Shown: positions 17,318 to 31,240 of the stretch, in pieces
How the letters are laid out: the number at the start of each line of letters is the position of its first letter
Position numbering within the stretch: position 1 is the first letter of the stretch
Source: Octopus vulgaris
Taxonomy: Eukaryota
Assembly (NCBI GenBank): GCA_951406725.2
Contig: OX597828.1
Span: 29,078,001-29,142,000 of the forward strand
Reading direction: 5' to 3'
Length of the DNA: 64,000 bases
Notes under the pieces: generated by a model
The model's input: only the letters and a program-made list of their open reading frames with translations
What the model was told of the DNA's origin: nothing
Database searches by the model: none
Made by a program: the position numbers and the translations under genes

Positions 17318-17587
17318 TTCAATATGGCTAACCCCTAAGGGTGGATGCTACTGTAGTTTTTAGCCCCAGGGGGACACACTCCTCCAGCTGGCCATAGACA
17401 CACTTTCTGTGCCCTGTCAGTATTTGCAAAGGGATTCAATATTGCTAACCCCTAAGGGAGGATGCTACTGCTACTTTGCAAATACTGACAGGGCACAGAA
17501 AGTGTGTCTATGGCCAGCTGGAGGAGTGTGTCCTCCTGGGGCTAAAAACTACAGTAGCATCCACCCTTAGGGGTTAGCCATATTGAA
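17318..17587. repeat. Near-perfect 114-bp inverted repeat derived from a PLE terminal repeat
   Basis: 17318-17431 is the reverse complement of 17474-17587 with one mismatch. The spacer is a partial third copy. The arm matches about 49798-49910 downstream of the PLE RT. Confidence 0.9.
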
Positions 17588-17606
17588 ATGGCAAATATAC
17601 GTCACG

Positions 17607-17661
<55 letters not shown>

Positions 17662-17926
17662 TACGACGAGCTTCTTGCAAGTTCCATCTACCAAATCCAC
17701 TCACAAAGCTTTAGTGGACCCAAAGCTATAGCAGAAGTCACTTGCCCAAGGTGCTACGCAGTGGGACTGAAACCGGAACCATGTATTTGGGAAGCAAGCT
17801 ACTTACCACACAACCACTCAAATATGTGCGTGTGTGTGTGTGTGGATATATCTGTCCGAGTCAGACGCCATTATAGATCGTTAGCCACCACACACATTTT
17901 TTTTCTCTCCTTGTTTTCTGTGTCCC

Positions 17927-17960
17927 TTTCTGTAGAAGAGCGTAGGCTCGAAACGTAAAA
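17927..17960 (+). ncRNA. Minimal type I hammerhead-like motif (CTGTAGA core variant) within an about 180-bp mini-element (17870-18052)
   Basis: ttt-CTGTAGA-a-GAGC-gtag-GCTC-GAAAC-GTA-aaa. Downstream TTCCTGAACGTT..AATA..TTTGTT resembles the 11151-11350 element. Confidence 0.5.
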
Positions 17961-18052
17961 AACTTTTTCTATTCCTGAACGTTATACTAATACATCTGTT
18001 TGTTTTGTACACCACCCGTCTTCGTCTTTTGTTTTTTTCCGTAAACTCTCCC

Positions 18053-18203
18053 TGTGTGGTAAGTAGCTTGTTTACCAACCACATGGTTCCGGGTTCAGTC
18101 CCACTGCGTGGCACCTTGCGAAAGTGTCTTCTATTATAGCCTCGGGTCGACCAAAGCCTTGTGAGTGGATTTGGTAGACGGAAACTGAAAGAAGGCTGTC
18201 GTC

Positions 18204-18234
<31 letters not shown>

Positions 18235-18445
18235 GTGTGTGTGTTTGTGTGTCTGTGTTTGTTCCCCCAACATCGCTTGACAACCTATGCTGGTATGTTT
18301 ACGTCCCCGTTACTTAGCGGTTCGGCAAAAGAGACCGATAGAATAAGTACTAGGCTTACAAAGAATAAGACCTGGAGTCGATTTGCTCGACTAAAGGGCG
18401 GTGCTCCAGCATGGCCGCAGTCAAATGACTGAAACAAGTAAAAAA
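18053..18445 (+). mobile_element. SINE family B copy
   Basis: CTGTGTGGTAAGTAGCTTG..GGTTCCGGGTTCAGTCCC head, internal (TA)n(TG)n, tail CAGCATGGCCGCAGTCAAATGACTGAAACAAGTAAAA. Confidence 0.9.
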
Positions 18446-18485
18446 AATATATATATAAATATATTTATATATGTATATACCTATG

Positions 18486-18553
<68 letters not shown>

Positions 18554-19366
18554 TAATATGCATTTACAATATTTAGTATATATAATATTATACACACACA
18601 CAAATAATTAAGCACGCATACACATATGCGCGTGCGTGTACGCCAATTCACCTACATAACGAAAGTTACATCTCTAAAGGTTACGTTCCCTCTTGGAGGC
18701 CTAAAAATACTTCAGTCGCCACCATCAACCCCCTTTTAACAGCTGCTAACACTCTGAACCCCTAAATATATTACCCTAATCATAAACAAGATACTGCTAT
18801 ACATCAAAATAAAGTGCAACTGATTCACACTTTTATGTGCACGCATACACACTGACATACACACACACGTGCCTCATCGTAAACGCATTCACACGCATTC
18901 ACACGCATGTACACGCGTACACAAGCACTCACTGACGCATCATGAATATATTTACATAGGAACGCGCACATGGAGTTGTGCACATGCGTATACGCGCAAA
19001 CGTATATATGTTTCTTTATTTACCCACAAGGGGCTAAACACAGAGGGGACAAACAAGGACAGACAAACAGATTAAAACGATTATATTGACCCCAGTACGT
19101 AACTGGTACTTTATTTTTCGACCCCGAAAGGATGAAAGGCAAAGTATATAAGTGCGTCACGACTGTTTTACATAATTACATACATTCATGCACACACACA
19201 CACACATACACACACACACACACACACTCACACACATGTATACTTACATACAAATGATCTCTCACACATACACACACACTCACACACACGTATACTTACA
19301 TACAAATGATCTCACACACACACATCACCGTCAGCCTCATCACCACCATCACCACTATCATAATCG

Positions 19367-19399
<33 letters not shown>

Positions 19400-19401
19400 C
19401 T

Positions 19402-19432
<31 letters not shown>

Positions 19433-19488
19433 CCACTATCATCATCATCATCATCATCATCATCTTCATCATCATCATCGTCATCATC

Positions 19489-19543
<55 letters not shown>

Positions 19544-20473
19544 CCACCATCATCACTATCATCATCGTCATCATCATCATCATCGTCGTCGTCGTCGTCG
19601 TCATTTTTCTAGATTTCATTAAAAAAACCGCTCACTGAATTAGCATAATGAGCATGCCGGACAAAATGTTTGGCAGCATTTCTTCCGACTCATTTACGTT
19701 CTGAGCAGAATGCTCAACCGGCTCGTGCATTAACCTTCACAAATAGGAATTCAATTAGTCGGAAAAAATAAATGCTCATCACGTGACCGACGAAGAATCT
19801 TCTACTTTTATTTCAACTGTCAACGCCACATCCACCACTTTATGTTAATGGTGGTGGTGGTGGTGGTGGTGGTCGGTGGTGGTGGTTGGCGGTGGTGGTG
19901 GTGGTGGTGGTGGTGGTGGTGGTGGTGGTGGTGGGTCAATTCGGGATCAAAGCGTAAGGTCAATGGTTTAAGTTGAGGTCAAGAATTACTCTAGGGTTCT
20001 ACTCGTTTGTTTTTGTAATAATGAAAGAATTCTAAACTTGCAGATTTCAAGGGAGAATGTTTCTCGATGCTGCTTTAGAAGTTTGTCTTTGAGTGATGAT
20101 TGATGATTGATGACAGTTTTAGCGTTGAATGTTTACTTATCTTGGGTCCTTATCTAAACGTTCGTTTTTATAGGTTCATTCTTATAGGCCTTTCGGCTGA
20201 TCAGTTTTACAGTGAGATGTCACGTGAACACGCACGCACACACACACACACACACACACAATCACACACACCTGCACTCACACACAAGCAGACACTCAAA
20301 TGCATATGTTTGCGTAAACGCATACATTATTCACGCAGTAACTCATTCACACACACACATACACATTAAATCATACATTCGTACACACACATACACACTT
20401 GCAACGTGTATAAACACGCAAACACACAATCTTAGACATATACAGAAACAAATTCGTACGCATACGTATACAG

Positions 20474-20565
<92 letters not shown>

Positions 20566-20947
20566 GTACAGTTTTGTATTTAACTCCCACCGCTTGGCAA
20601 CCTATGTTCGTTTGTTTGTGTTTCCGTAACTTAGCTTAGCGGCTCTCCAAAAAGATAAAGAATAATTTCTTGATTAAAAAAAAAAAAAAAGAAAAGATAA
20701 ATGCAGAAAACGTTTGTATTGACACAATTATCATTTTAATTATACATGCCTAATAATTTGTGACGGTGAACACGTTGCCCAATCACAAAAATGGCCGCCA
20801 TTTGTTGGCGTCTGCGCAGATCTGATTTACTTTAATAGAATACGAGCAGGTAGGTTTTGCCAACAGAAAGTGGGGAAAACAACTGGTTTTGAACGAACAT
20901 ACATTTATTTATTGAGAGGTTGATTGGCCTAATAATGTGGGACGCAG

Positions 20948-20980
<33 letters not shown>

Positions 20981-22275
20981 TTGTGTGTGTGTGTACGTGT
21001 GTGTGTGTGTGTGTGTGTGTGTACATGTGTGTGTGTGTGTGTGTGTACGTGTGTGTGTGATTATATTGCCGACACCGAAAAGACAGCCAATCGCTGCAGT
21101 GTACCATAAAATTATAATGACTTAATTAAGTGGTTGGTTTTATTTTGATATTTACAGGTAAGATTATTAGTCTAGCGATGAGATAAGGTTTCCAGAGTCA
21201 CGGGATTTGATTCTAAACTGGATGCGAAAGTGAAGACGGTCGTGCTTGCCTTCTCAAAATATTTCTTTGTATATTTTAGACCAAAGCAGAAGGCAGGAAG
21301 CTGGCAGAATCGTTAGCACGGACAAAATGTTTAGCGACTTTTCTTCCAACACATTGCACTTTGAGTTCAAAATCCGTCGAAGTCGACTTTGCCTTTCATC
21401 CATTAGGTGTCGATAAAATAAGTAACAGTCGAGTAATGGGTCTGGTGTAATTGACCAAGCCCCTACGCCTTAAAAATTGCTAGTTTAAATTTTAAACCAT
21501 ATTTAAGGCAAAGCAGCAATTGCTGGTGTTGTAGTATGTTGATGGTGGTGGTGGTGGTGGTGGTGCTGATATTCTTGTCGATAACGGCAGTGTCGGTGAT
21601 GGTGGTACCATTCTTGTCCTACACTTGTTTTTCCTTTTTTCTTTTTTGTTGTAAAATGGAATGATTTCAGAGAGATTTGGAGGATGTTTCTAACTGTTCC
21701 CTATGTCTGATCTAAAGGTAGTCATCATATCGGAGCCTTCTTTTTTTCAAAGCTGTACTCGCAGAAGTATCTAAATACATACCGAAAACTAATGAAGCAT
21801 TGATCTATATTATAATATGATAATGCTATAGCTGGCTTTCAGAGGTGAATGGTACCATTTCATTTGTTGCAGGTTCATTGAGAATGTTAGAAATAGCTTG
21901 TTCGATATTAATCACTTTATTAGTTTATTCTTCTTTTCCGATCTCAAATTAGATTGTAGACAGCTTCGTTGGGCTTTGTCAAAAGCATGTGGCAGATGGT
22001 TGGTACATGCTGCTGACAAAGCTCAATGATGCAGAAATGTACGTATATTACTCTCATCGCCGCTGCTGGGCAATTTACGCCTGCTTCTGATATAGTTTTG
22101 TGTTTTTGAACACAGTGCGTCTATAAGTGATATTAGCCCCGCATAAATGCTGCTGATAATTTACCTTTCGCAATGTATCTGCATTAAATATGATACACAG
22201 ATATATACATACATATACGTATATATATATATGGCAACATAACCATTCCTAAATACAACAACATATATATATATA

Positions 22276-22330
<55 letters not shown>

Positions 22331-22823
22331 TATGTAAGTATGTATGTGTGTATATATATATGCATATATATATATATGTATATGTATGTATATATATGTA
22401 TATATATATACACATATATATATACGTATATACATACATACATATATATGTATGCAATATATACATATATACATGTATATATACATATATACATATATAC
22501 ATATATATATACATATATATACCTTATACATATACATACATATATACATATATACATATATATACATATAAATACATATATACATATATATATATATACA
22601 TATAAACATATATATATACACATATATGCATACATATACACACACACACATATATATATATTCATATATGCATACATATACTTATGCATATGTATACATA
22701 TATACATACATATATATACACACAAATATATATATACATATATAAACAGATATATATGTATATATATATGCATACATACATATACATACATGAATAGATA
22801 TACACGCGCACACTCATATACAC

Positions 22824-22878
<55 letters not shown>

Positions 22879-23226
22879 CACTTGATACAACATTTTACTC
22901 ACCCATAACCAGGTACATCCAAAGACATTTACAAAGAAGCGGAGGCTAATTGAAGGTGTAACAGCGGTGTAATACAAACACCATTCTTCAGGATTTCGCA
23001 TCTATCCGAATAAATTAGTTAACCATATGTTGCAGTAATGGTCACACTGGGTACTATGCCGTGAATGCCATATATGTAGCGTAAAGCAGTAACATGCTCC
23101 CTTAAGGGGTTGACTTTTACATTAAGTCAGTCACTTCGACAGAGTCAGTTCTAATCCAACTAACTTAACCGTGACTAATGGACCCAGCTGGCACGTAACG
23201 CATTGTTCCTTTCAATCAAATTTCTA

Positions 23227-23285
<59 letters not shown>

Positions 23286-23294
23286 AGCTAGCTG

Positions 23295-23328
<34 letters not shown>

Positions 23329-23351
23329 AGATAGATATATAGATAGATAGT

Positions 23352-23498
<147 letters not shown>

Positions 23499-23524
23499 AG
23501 ATAGATAGATATATAGATAGATAT

Positions 23525-24620
23525 GTTTCTTTATTAGCCACACAGGGCTGCACACAGATAGAACAAATTACAAGGTAGAGCTTTTCTTTTGAAGGTTTAA
23601 AAAAAAAAAAAAAAAAAAAAAAGGAAGGGGGAGTTTCGATCAAAAGGGATCGTAAAAGGAAAGAGGACAAAAAAAGGGGGTTAAAAAAAAAAGGGGGAGA
23701 GAAAAAAAAAAATTGATCAATAGGGATCGTTATCGCAGAAATGTCAATATGAAGTGTAAAGGGGAGGACAGGTGAGGTTTACCCGTGGAAAGAAAAGCCT
23801 ACGGAAAAGACCACGGTAACCTCGGTCAATGAAGTCACATTTTATATTTCTTTTTTTTTTTTTTTTTTTTTGCAAATAAGCAACTCTCTGTTTTCGATTT
23901 CTGGGTTCATAGGACTATGCTCAAGGTGGCTTCGTCATTCATACGTGCCATTCTTGCTACATTCACCCATCTTTTTTTAAAACATTCGCTAGACAAAACT
24001 TGCCTCTCTACTCTCACTTTCCTTTTCAAGTGGTACTTGAAGAAGTTGATGAGAGAGTGACCAGAGAGGAAAGTGTTTGTCTCCAATCCTTTCAGACGCG
24101 TCCACCAGATACATTCTTTCGCCATAGCCACAAGGATGATGAAAATAGCTCTTCCTTCCCGTTTGAAGGAAGGAGGCGTGACAATATTGACGATAGACTC
24201 AGCTGATAAACCGACACGTCCCACACGTGACAGCAGTTGTTCGACATAAGCCCACAGGTCGGAAATTGTTGGACACTGAACGAGTGCGTGCAGAACGGTT
24301 TCGTCGCTCTGACCGCATCTCGGGCAGGTCGGCCCCGTGTTTCTCGAGCCGTGTCTGTAGAGCTTATCCCGAACGGGTAGCGCTTCTCGGTAGCACTGCC
24401 AGGCCAGGGATCTCTGGAAGTTGTCCATGGGCCCTGGCCCGAAAGTCGTCCTGAACAGGCGGGTCAGGTACTCCTCGTCGACGTCCAGGTTCGCCCCGAG
24501 CTCGTCGTCGTACCTCCCCTCCACTAAACCCCTATAGAATGCTTTGGTTGTGTTGAAGTCACTTAAGGTCGACCCAGGACGGCAGAGTTGCTTGAGAGCA
24601 ACGCGACACTCGCGGTGCCA
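23525..24620 (-). mobile_element. 5'-truncated L1/Tx1-clade LINE (ORF2 C-terminus with zf-RVT-like CCHC region plus 3' UTR) inserted in (GATA)n
   Basis: Uninterrupted frame 24620-23907 (238 codons) with W..YREALPVRDKL..G..CPRCGQSDETVLHALVQCP..LW..IWWTR. About 380-nt T-rich 3' UTR ending CTAATAAAGAAA. GATA repeats on both sides. Confidence 0.9.
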
Positions 24621-24646
24621 GATAGATAGATAGATAGAAGATAGAT

Positions 24647-24729
<83 letters not shown>

Positions 24730-24745
24730 AGATAGATAGATAGAT

Positions 24746-24967
<222 letters not shown>

Positions 24968-25084
24968 GAGGAATATATATGTATGTAATATAATTTTCTA
25001 AACCTTCAGATTTTAATATGCTGGCCTACTTTTAAATTGATATTAATCAAATTAATATTCAATTTTTCACCCACATTTTAAATT

Positions 25085-25158
<74 letters not shown>

Positions 25159-25539
25159 TGCTGGTACTCTAAGAAAGATATACATACACCCACACATATA
25201 CGCACATACATGCATTCGTATATCTTACATATTTTATGTTTATGCACCTGAGTATGAAGGTGTGTGTCTTAGTGAATAATCGCGTTACACCCAGGATCGT
25301 AAGACCGTGGTTTCAATTCTCGGACCGGCTTTGTGTTCTCGAGCAAAACGCTTAATTTCAGATTGCTCCAGTCCACTCTGCTGTCAATAGGGGTCACCCT
25401 GCAAAGGACCGGATGTTATAATCTCGGTCACTTATACGTCGTAGAAATAGGGTAACCAGCCTTATGACTTCTAGTATTCGAGACAGTGCTTACTTTCTAT
25501 CTAAGACTAAATATATCTGTAGTGGCTCCTAAGCTAACT

Positions 25540-25775
25540 TAGTAACACCTCCTGATAAGATCTCTTAAGTCATTTTAAAATCGAGTTTTGTGGTCATGAC
25601 CTATTCAAGGAGGGAGTTCTTGTTGACTGAGATGTATCCAAGTATAGATGGCTTATCTGATATCCCTTGAAGATATTTGTCCTGGCTTCATTTGAAGACA
25701 ATGAGATCTTTTTCTATTTTGATTTATTTGGGGATAATTTTAAACAGAGCAAAGCCTGTTTTGGAAAAGAAATTA
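25540..25775 (-). mobile_element. CR1-clade LINE 3' remnant
   Basis: Minus translation DLIVFK*SQDKYLQGISDKPSILGYISVNKNSLLE matches the CR1 C-terminal pattern FK..LDK.L..IPD.P...Y...NSL. Confidence 0.55.
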
Positions 25776-25777
25776 TA

Positions 25778-26175
25778 GCAGGAGTGGCTGTGTGGTAAGT
25801 AGCTTGCTAACCAACCACATGGTTCCGGGTTCAGTTCCACTGCGTGGCATCTTGGGCAAGTGTCTTCTGCTATAGCCCCGGGCCGACCAATGCCTTGTGA
25901 GTGGATTTGGTAGACGGAAACTGAAAGAAGCCCGTCGTATATATATATAAGTGTGTGTGTATATGTTTGTGTGTCTGTGTTTGTCCCCCTAGCATAGCTT
26001 GACAACCGATGGTGGTGTGTTTATGTCGCCGTCACTTAGCGGTTCGGCAAAAGAGACCGATAGAATAAGTACTGGGCTTACAAAGAATAAGTCCCGGGGT
26101 CGATTTGCTCGACTAAAGGCGGTGCTCCAGCATGGCCGCAGTCAAATGACTGAAACAAGTAAAAGAGAAAAGAGA
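25778..26175 (+). mobile_element. SINE family B, full-length reference copy (tRNA-derived)
   Basis: Box A TGGCTGTGTGG, box B-like GGTTCAGTTCC, CORE-like CTTGGGCAAGTG, internal (TA/TG)n, tail GACTGAAACAAGTAAAAGAG. Many further copies or halves occur (e.g. 1160, 11840, 14230, 29130, 29808, 30910, 33460, 34220, 36600, 55075). Confidence 0.9.
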
Positions 26176-26529
26176 AAGAGAGAGTAGAGAATTTGTGTTG
26201 TGAACCTGAATGGTGTAGGGGATGTATGGCACGTGCTCCGGTCTTGGATGCATTCTGAATATATGGTGCTATGTTCTTCGTACTGTACGAACGATATTTT
26301 AAGTAAAAACACCCTCCAAACAGAAACAGCCAATGAAATAGAAAGAGAATTTTAAAATTTGTTCTTTTTGTGCAGTCCGGTACGAAATGCTCCACGGCCC
26401 GGTGATTACGGACTCCTGAACATATATGCATAAATGAAAAAAAAAATTATAGATCCACACCTGCAATAACAAGCACGTACGTACACAAGAGCGTTTGTGT
26501 GTATCGGTACATATACATGTATTTGCAAA

Positions 26530-27396
26530 GATCGGTGAGCTGGCAGAAGCGTTAGCACGTCGGGCGAAATGCTTAGCGGTATTTCGCCCGTCGCTACGTT
26601 CTGAGTTCAAATTCCGCCGAGGTCGACTTTGCCTTTCATCCTTTCGGGGTCGATTAAATAAGTACCAGTTACGCACTGGTGTCGATATAATCGACTTAAT
26701 CCGTGTGTCTGTCCTTGTTTGTCCCCTCTGTGTTTAGCCCCTTGTGGGTAGTAAAGAAATAGGTATTTCGTCTGCCGCTACGTTCTGAGTTCAAATTCCG
26801 CCGAGGTCGACTTTGCCTTTCATCCTTTCGGGGTCGATAAATTAAGTACCAGTTACGCACTGGGGTCGATGTAATCGACTTAATACCTATGTCTGTCCTT
26901 CTTTGTCCCCTCTGTGTTTAGCCTCTTGTGGGTAGTAAAGAAATAGGTATTTCGTCTGTCGCTACATTCTGAGTTCAAATTCCGCCGAGGTCGACTTTGC
27001 CTTTCATCCTTTCGGGGTCGATTTAATAAGTACCAGTTACGCACTGGTCAATATAATCGTTTTAATCTGTTTGTCTGTCCTTGTTTGTCCCCTCTATGTT
27101 TAGCCCCTTGTGGGTAGTAAAGAAATAGGTATTTCGTCTGAGAGCGAGCTGGCACGAAGGCGGCGAGCTGGCAGAAACGTTAGTACGCCGGGCGAAATGC
27201 GTAGCCGTATTTCGTCTGCCGTTACGTTCTGAGTTCAAATTCTGCCGAGGCCGACATTACCTTTCATCCTTTCGGGGTCGATTAAATAAGTACCAATTAT
27301 GCACTGGGGTCGGCCTAATCAACTTAATTCCTTTGTCTGTCCTTGTTTGTCCCCTCTATGTTTCTCCTCGCCACCACTGTAGGCAATAAAGAAATA
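26530..27396 (+). mobile_element. Head-to-tail array of SINE family A (tail-1 subfamily)
   Basis: Full copy 26530-26761, headless units 26762-26945 and 26946-27127, a stub at 27128 and a full copy at 27159-27396. Confidence 0.9.
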
Positions 27397-27816
27397 GATT
27401 CATATATTTGCTTGAGAGGTTTTCCGTCGATTTCGACAGTGAGCATGTAGTTATTTGGCCATGTAGTTAATGTCTAAGTAGCTGAGTATTCCGCAGTCAG
27501 AAACAGTTGGGCTTTCACACGATTGCCGTATACAGAGTTTCATTGACAGGGCCTGCGTTGGCACAAAGCTACAGTATGATACTTGCCCAGAATGCTGTTC
27601 AGTAGGATCGAACCGAGGACTGCGAAACTGTGAAGCGAACTTCTTAATCCTTCGACCGTGCCTGTTTCCATTTTCATTTATCCACAGACAAATTGTATTC
27701 ACTTACACATATTATCCGCACAACGGACATTCACGCAGAGATTGGTGAAATAAGGAAAATATCATTCGGCTTCAGACATATAAAAATAGTGTTCTCTCTT
27801 TACACACACACACGTA

Positions 27817-27898
<82 letters not shown>

Positions 27899-27997
27899 TA
27901 ACCACGTACTCATATACATAATGTCTTTCTCAAAGACATAATGACCCAAACACAAACAGACTCCCACACACAAAAATACAATATTACACACTCATAC

Positions 27998-28046
<49 letters not shown>

Positions 28047-28155
28047 CGCAAAATTTATAAACAAAAATCTTACAATTTTGTCAACTTGACCGAGAAACAC
28101 GATCGAATTACAGTAGAATGAGTATTTAATCCTTTGACCCACAGAACATACACAC

Positions 28156-28243
<88 letters not shown>

Positions 28244-28412
28244 AAACACACACACACACACACAAACACACAAACACACACACAAACACACACACACACA
28301 CACACAAACACACAAACACACACACACACATAACGGTAGCTATGTACATATGTGTATGTGCGTGTGTGAGTGTTTGTGTGTGTGTGTGTGTGTCTATCTG
28401 TGCGTATATGTG

Positions 28413-28452
<40 letters not shown>

Positions 28453-28525
28453 TTTATTTCTGGTCAGCAAAGCAAGCCATGACTGAAGCCACTTCTCCTC
28501 ACACTTCTGCCTTACTCCGACCACC

Positions 28526-28557
<32 letters not shown>

Positions 28558-28744
28558 CAACAACAACACCACCAACAACAACAACAACAACAACAGCAGC
28601 AACAACGCCGATTCCATATTCTTCACTGACCAAATAAATGTAAACAAGTCGTTCGTACCACCCACGTATCGTCTAAGAGTTTGTTTTCAAGTCTTTCAAG
28701 AGTTCAAAAAATGTCAACTAATTGCTAAAAAGTGTCTCTTCTTT

Positions 28745-28754
28745 CCATATTTGG
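28745..28754. promoter_or_regulatory. Consensus CArG box (SRF site) in unique intronic DNA
   Basis: CCATATTTGG fits CC(A/T)6GG. A forkhead-like TGTAAACA lies about 100 bp away. Function untested. Confidence 0.3.
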
Positions 28755-29321
28755 CCTGAGGGACGGTGGGGGTGGGTGGGTGAAGACGGGTGGACGTGGT
28801 GGGGTGGGGGTGGGGGTAATCTCTTGCTTCCAATCTATGTTTCTTTTACTGCTTTCTCTTTCTCTTTCTTTCTCTTCCTTCTTCCTGGTTTATCTCCCAC
28901 ACAAACACAAACGCCCTCCTCTCTCTCTCACACATTCTCTCAGGACACACACACACACACACACACACACACGATATATATTTTCTCTCTCCCTACACAC
29001 ACACACACACACACACACGCATATAGACATACACATGCACACATTTATATACACACACACACACACGCATATAGACATACACATGCACACACACAAAACA
29101 CATAATACATATTTTTTTGTCTCTTATTATTTTACTTGTTTCAGTCATTAGACTGCGGCCATGCTGGGGCACCGCTTTGAAAAGCTTTTAGTCGAATAAA
29201 TCATCGCCAGTACTTTTTTCTAAGCCTGGTGCTTATTCTGTCGGTCATTTTTGTCGAGGCGTTAAGTTACGGAGACTTAAACACACTAACACAGGTTGTC
29301 AAACGGTGGCTGGAGACAAAC

Positions 29322-29372
<51 letters not shown>

Positions 29373-29542
29373 TACACACAATCAGCGGGTTTCTTTCTAT
29401 TTCCGTCTTCCATATCTACTCACAAGACTTTGGTGGACCAGAGTCTGTAGTAGAAGACACTTGCCCAAGGTGTCACGCAGTGGGACTGAAGCCAGAACCA
29501 TGTGACTGGGAAACAAGCTCTTACAACACAACCACGACTGCG

Positions 29543-29604
<62 letters not shown>

Positions 29605-29639
29605 TACATATATATATATGCATGTATGTATGTATGTAT

Positions 29640-29671
<32 letters not shown>

Positions 29672-29705
29672 GTATATGTATATATATATACATATATATA
29701 TATAC

Positions 29706-30215
<510 letters not shown>

Positions 30216-31096
30216 GAGTATATATATATATATATGTGGCTGAGAGTTCTGAAAATCAAGCAGCATTCTCAGCAAGCTCCCCCATGCAGAATCATGCAGT
30301 TTCCTTAGTTACCAATTATCGTATAGTGTAATACAATATATCCGTGCTACTGAAAATCCTGGAAACCCGAGCGATAAATTCCTCCGCTGTGAGTAACTAA
30401 AGTATAAAGTCAGGAGGTTTGAGAGGTGAGGATAGATTTATTTTTATTCCATGTGACTTTCATATGATTACAGCTGTTTCGTAACCTTCATCATGTAGTA
30501 TAGTTGATTACAGCAAGCAAAATTTTATCCACGTGTTTACATTAAAATGTATGTTCAGTATTATACAATTGCGTGTTCATAAACTGATGCTAATAAGGAA
30601 AGCTTTCCCAGAGAAGACACAGATTTAAACATTGAGAAACCAAGCGTTATAAAATCTTCCGTCATTGTCAACCGCTTCACCAACAAACCCCACCATTCTG
30701 TCTTTAAAAACCGCGACACACTGCACAATGTCGCCCTGTTTATACAATATATTAAAAGGGAGAATCAGGACAAGAATGTCTTTGATCATAGATGTTCTTA
30801 ATTGGCTGTGGAGGAACTAAACAATTTCACGGTATACACTCCGGCAGACGATTTGTTTTTGTTTTTTTTAATTATTATTTTATTATATTGTTTATCTTTA
30901 ATATGGATAGCGGCTACGCTGGAGCACAGTCTTGAAGGGTTTTAGCTGAACAAATCGCCCCTAGGACTTAAACTTTGTAAGCCTAGTACTTTTTCTATCG
31001 GAAGCTTTTGCCGAACCGCTATGTTACGGGGACGTAAACTCACCAGCATCGGTTGTCAAGCGATGGCGGTGGTGGGTACAAACACACGTACACACA

Positions 31097-31240
<144 letters not shown>

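Noticed and set aside
26200-26420. Possible minus-strand exon after an acceptor-like TTTTCATTTATGCATATATGTTCAG
   Set aside because: No recognisable protein similarity and a poor donor. Cannot be supported without RNA data.
26530-27396. CRISPR-like array
   Set aside because: Units are about 183-bp SINE copies with no unique spacers, in eukaryotic DNA.
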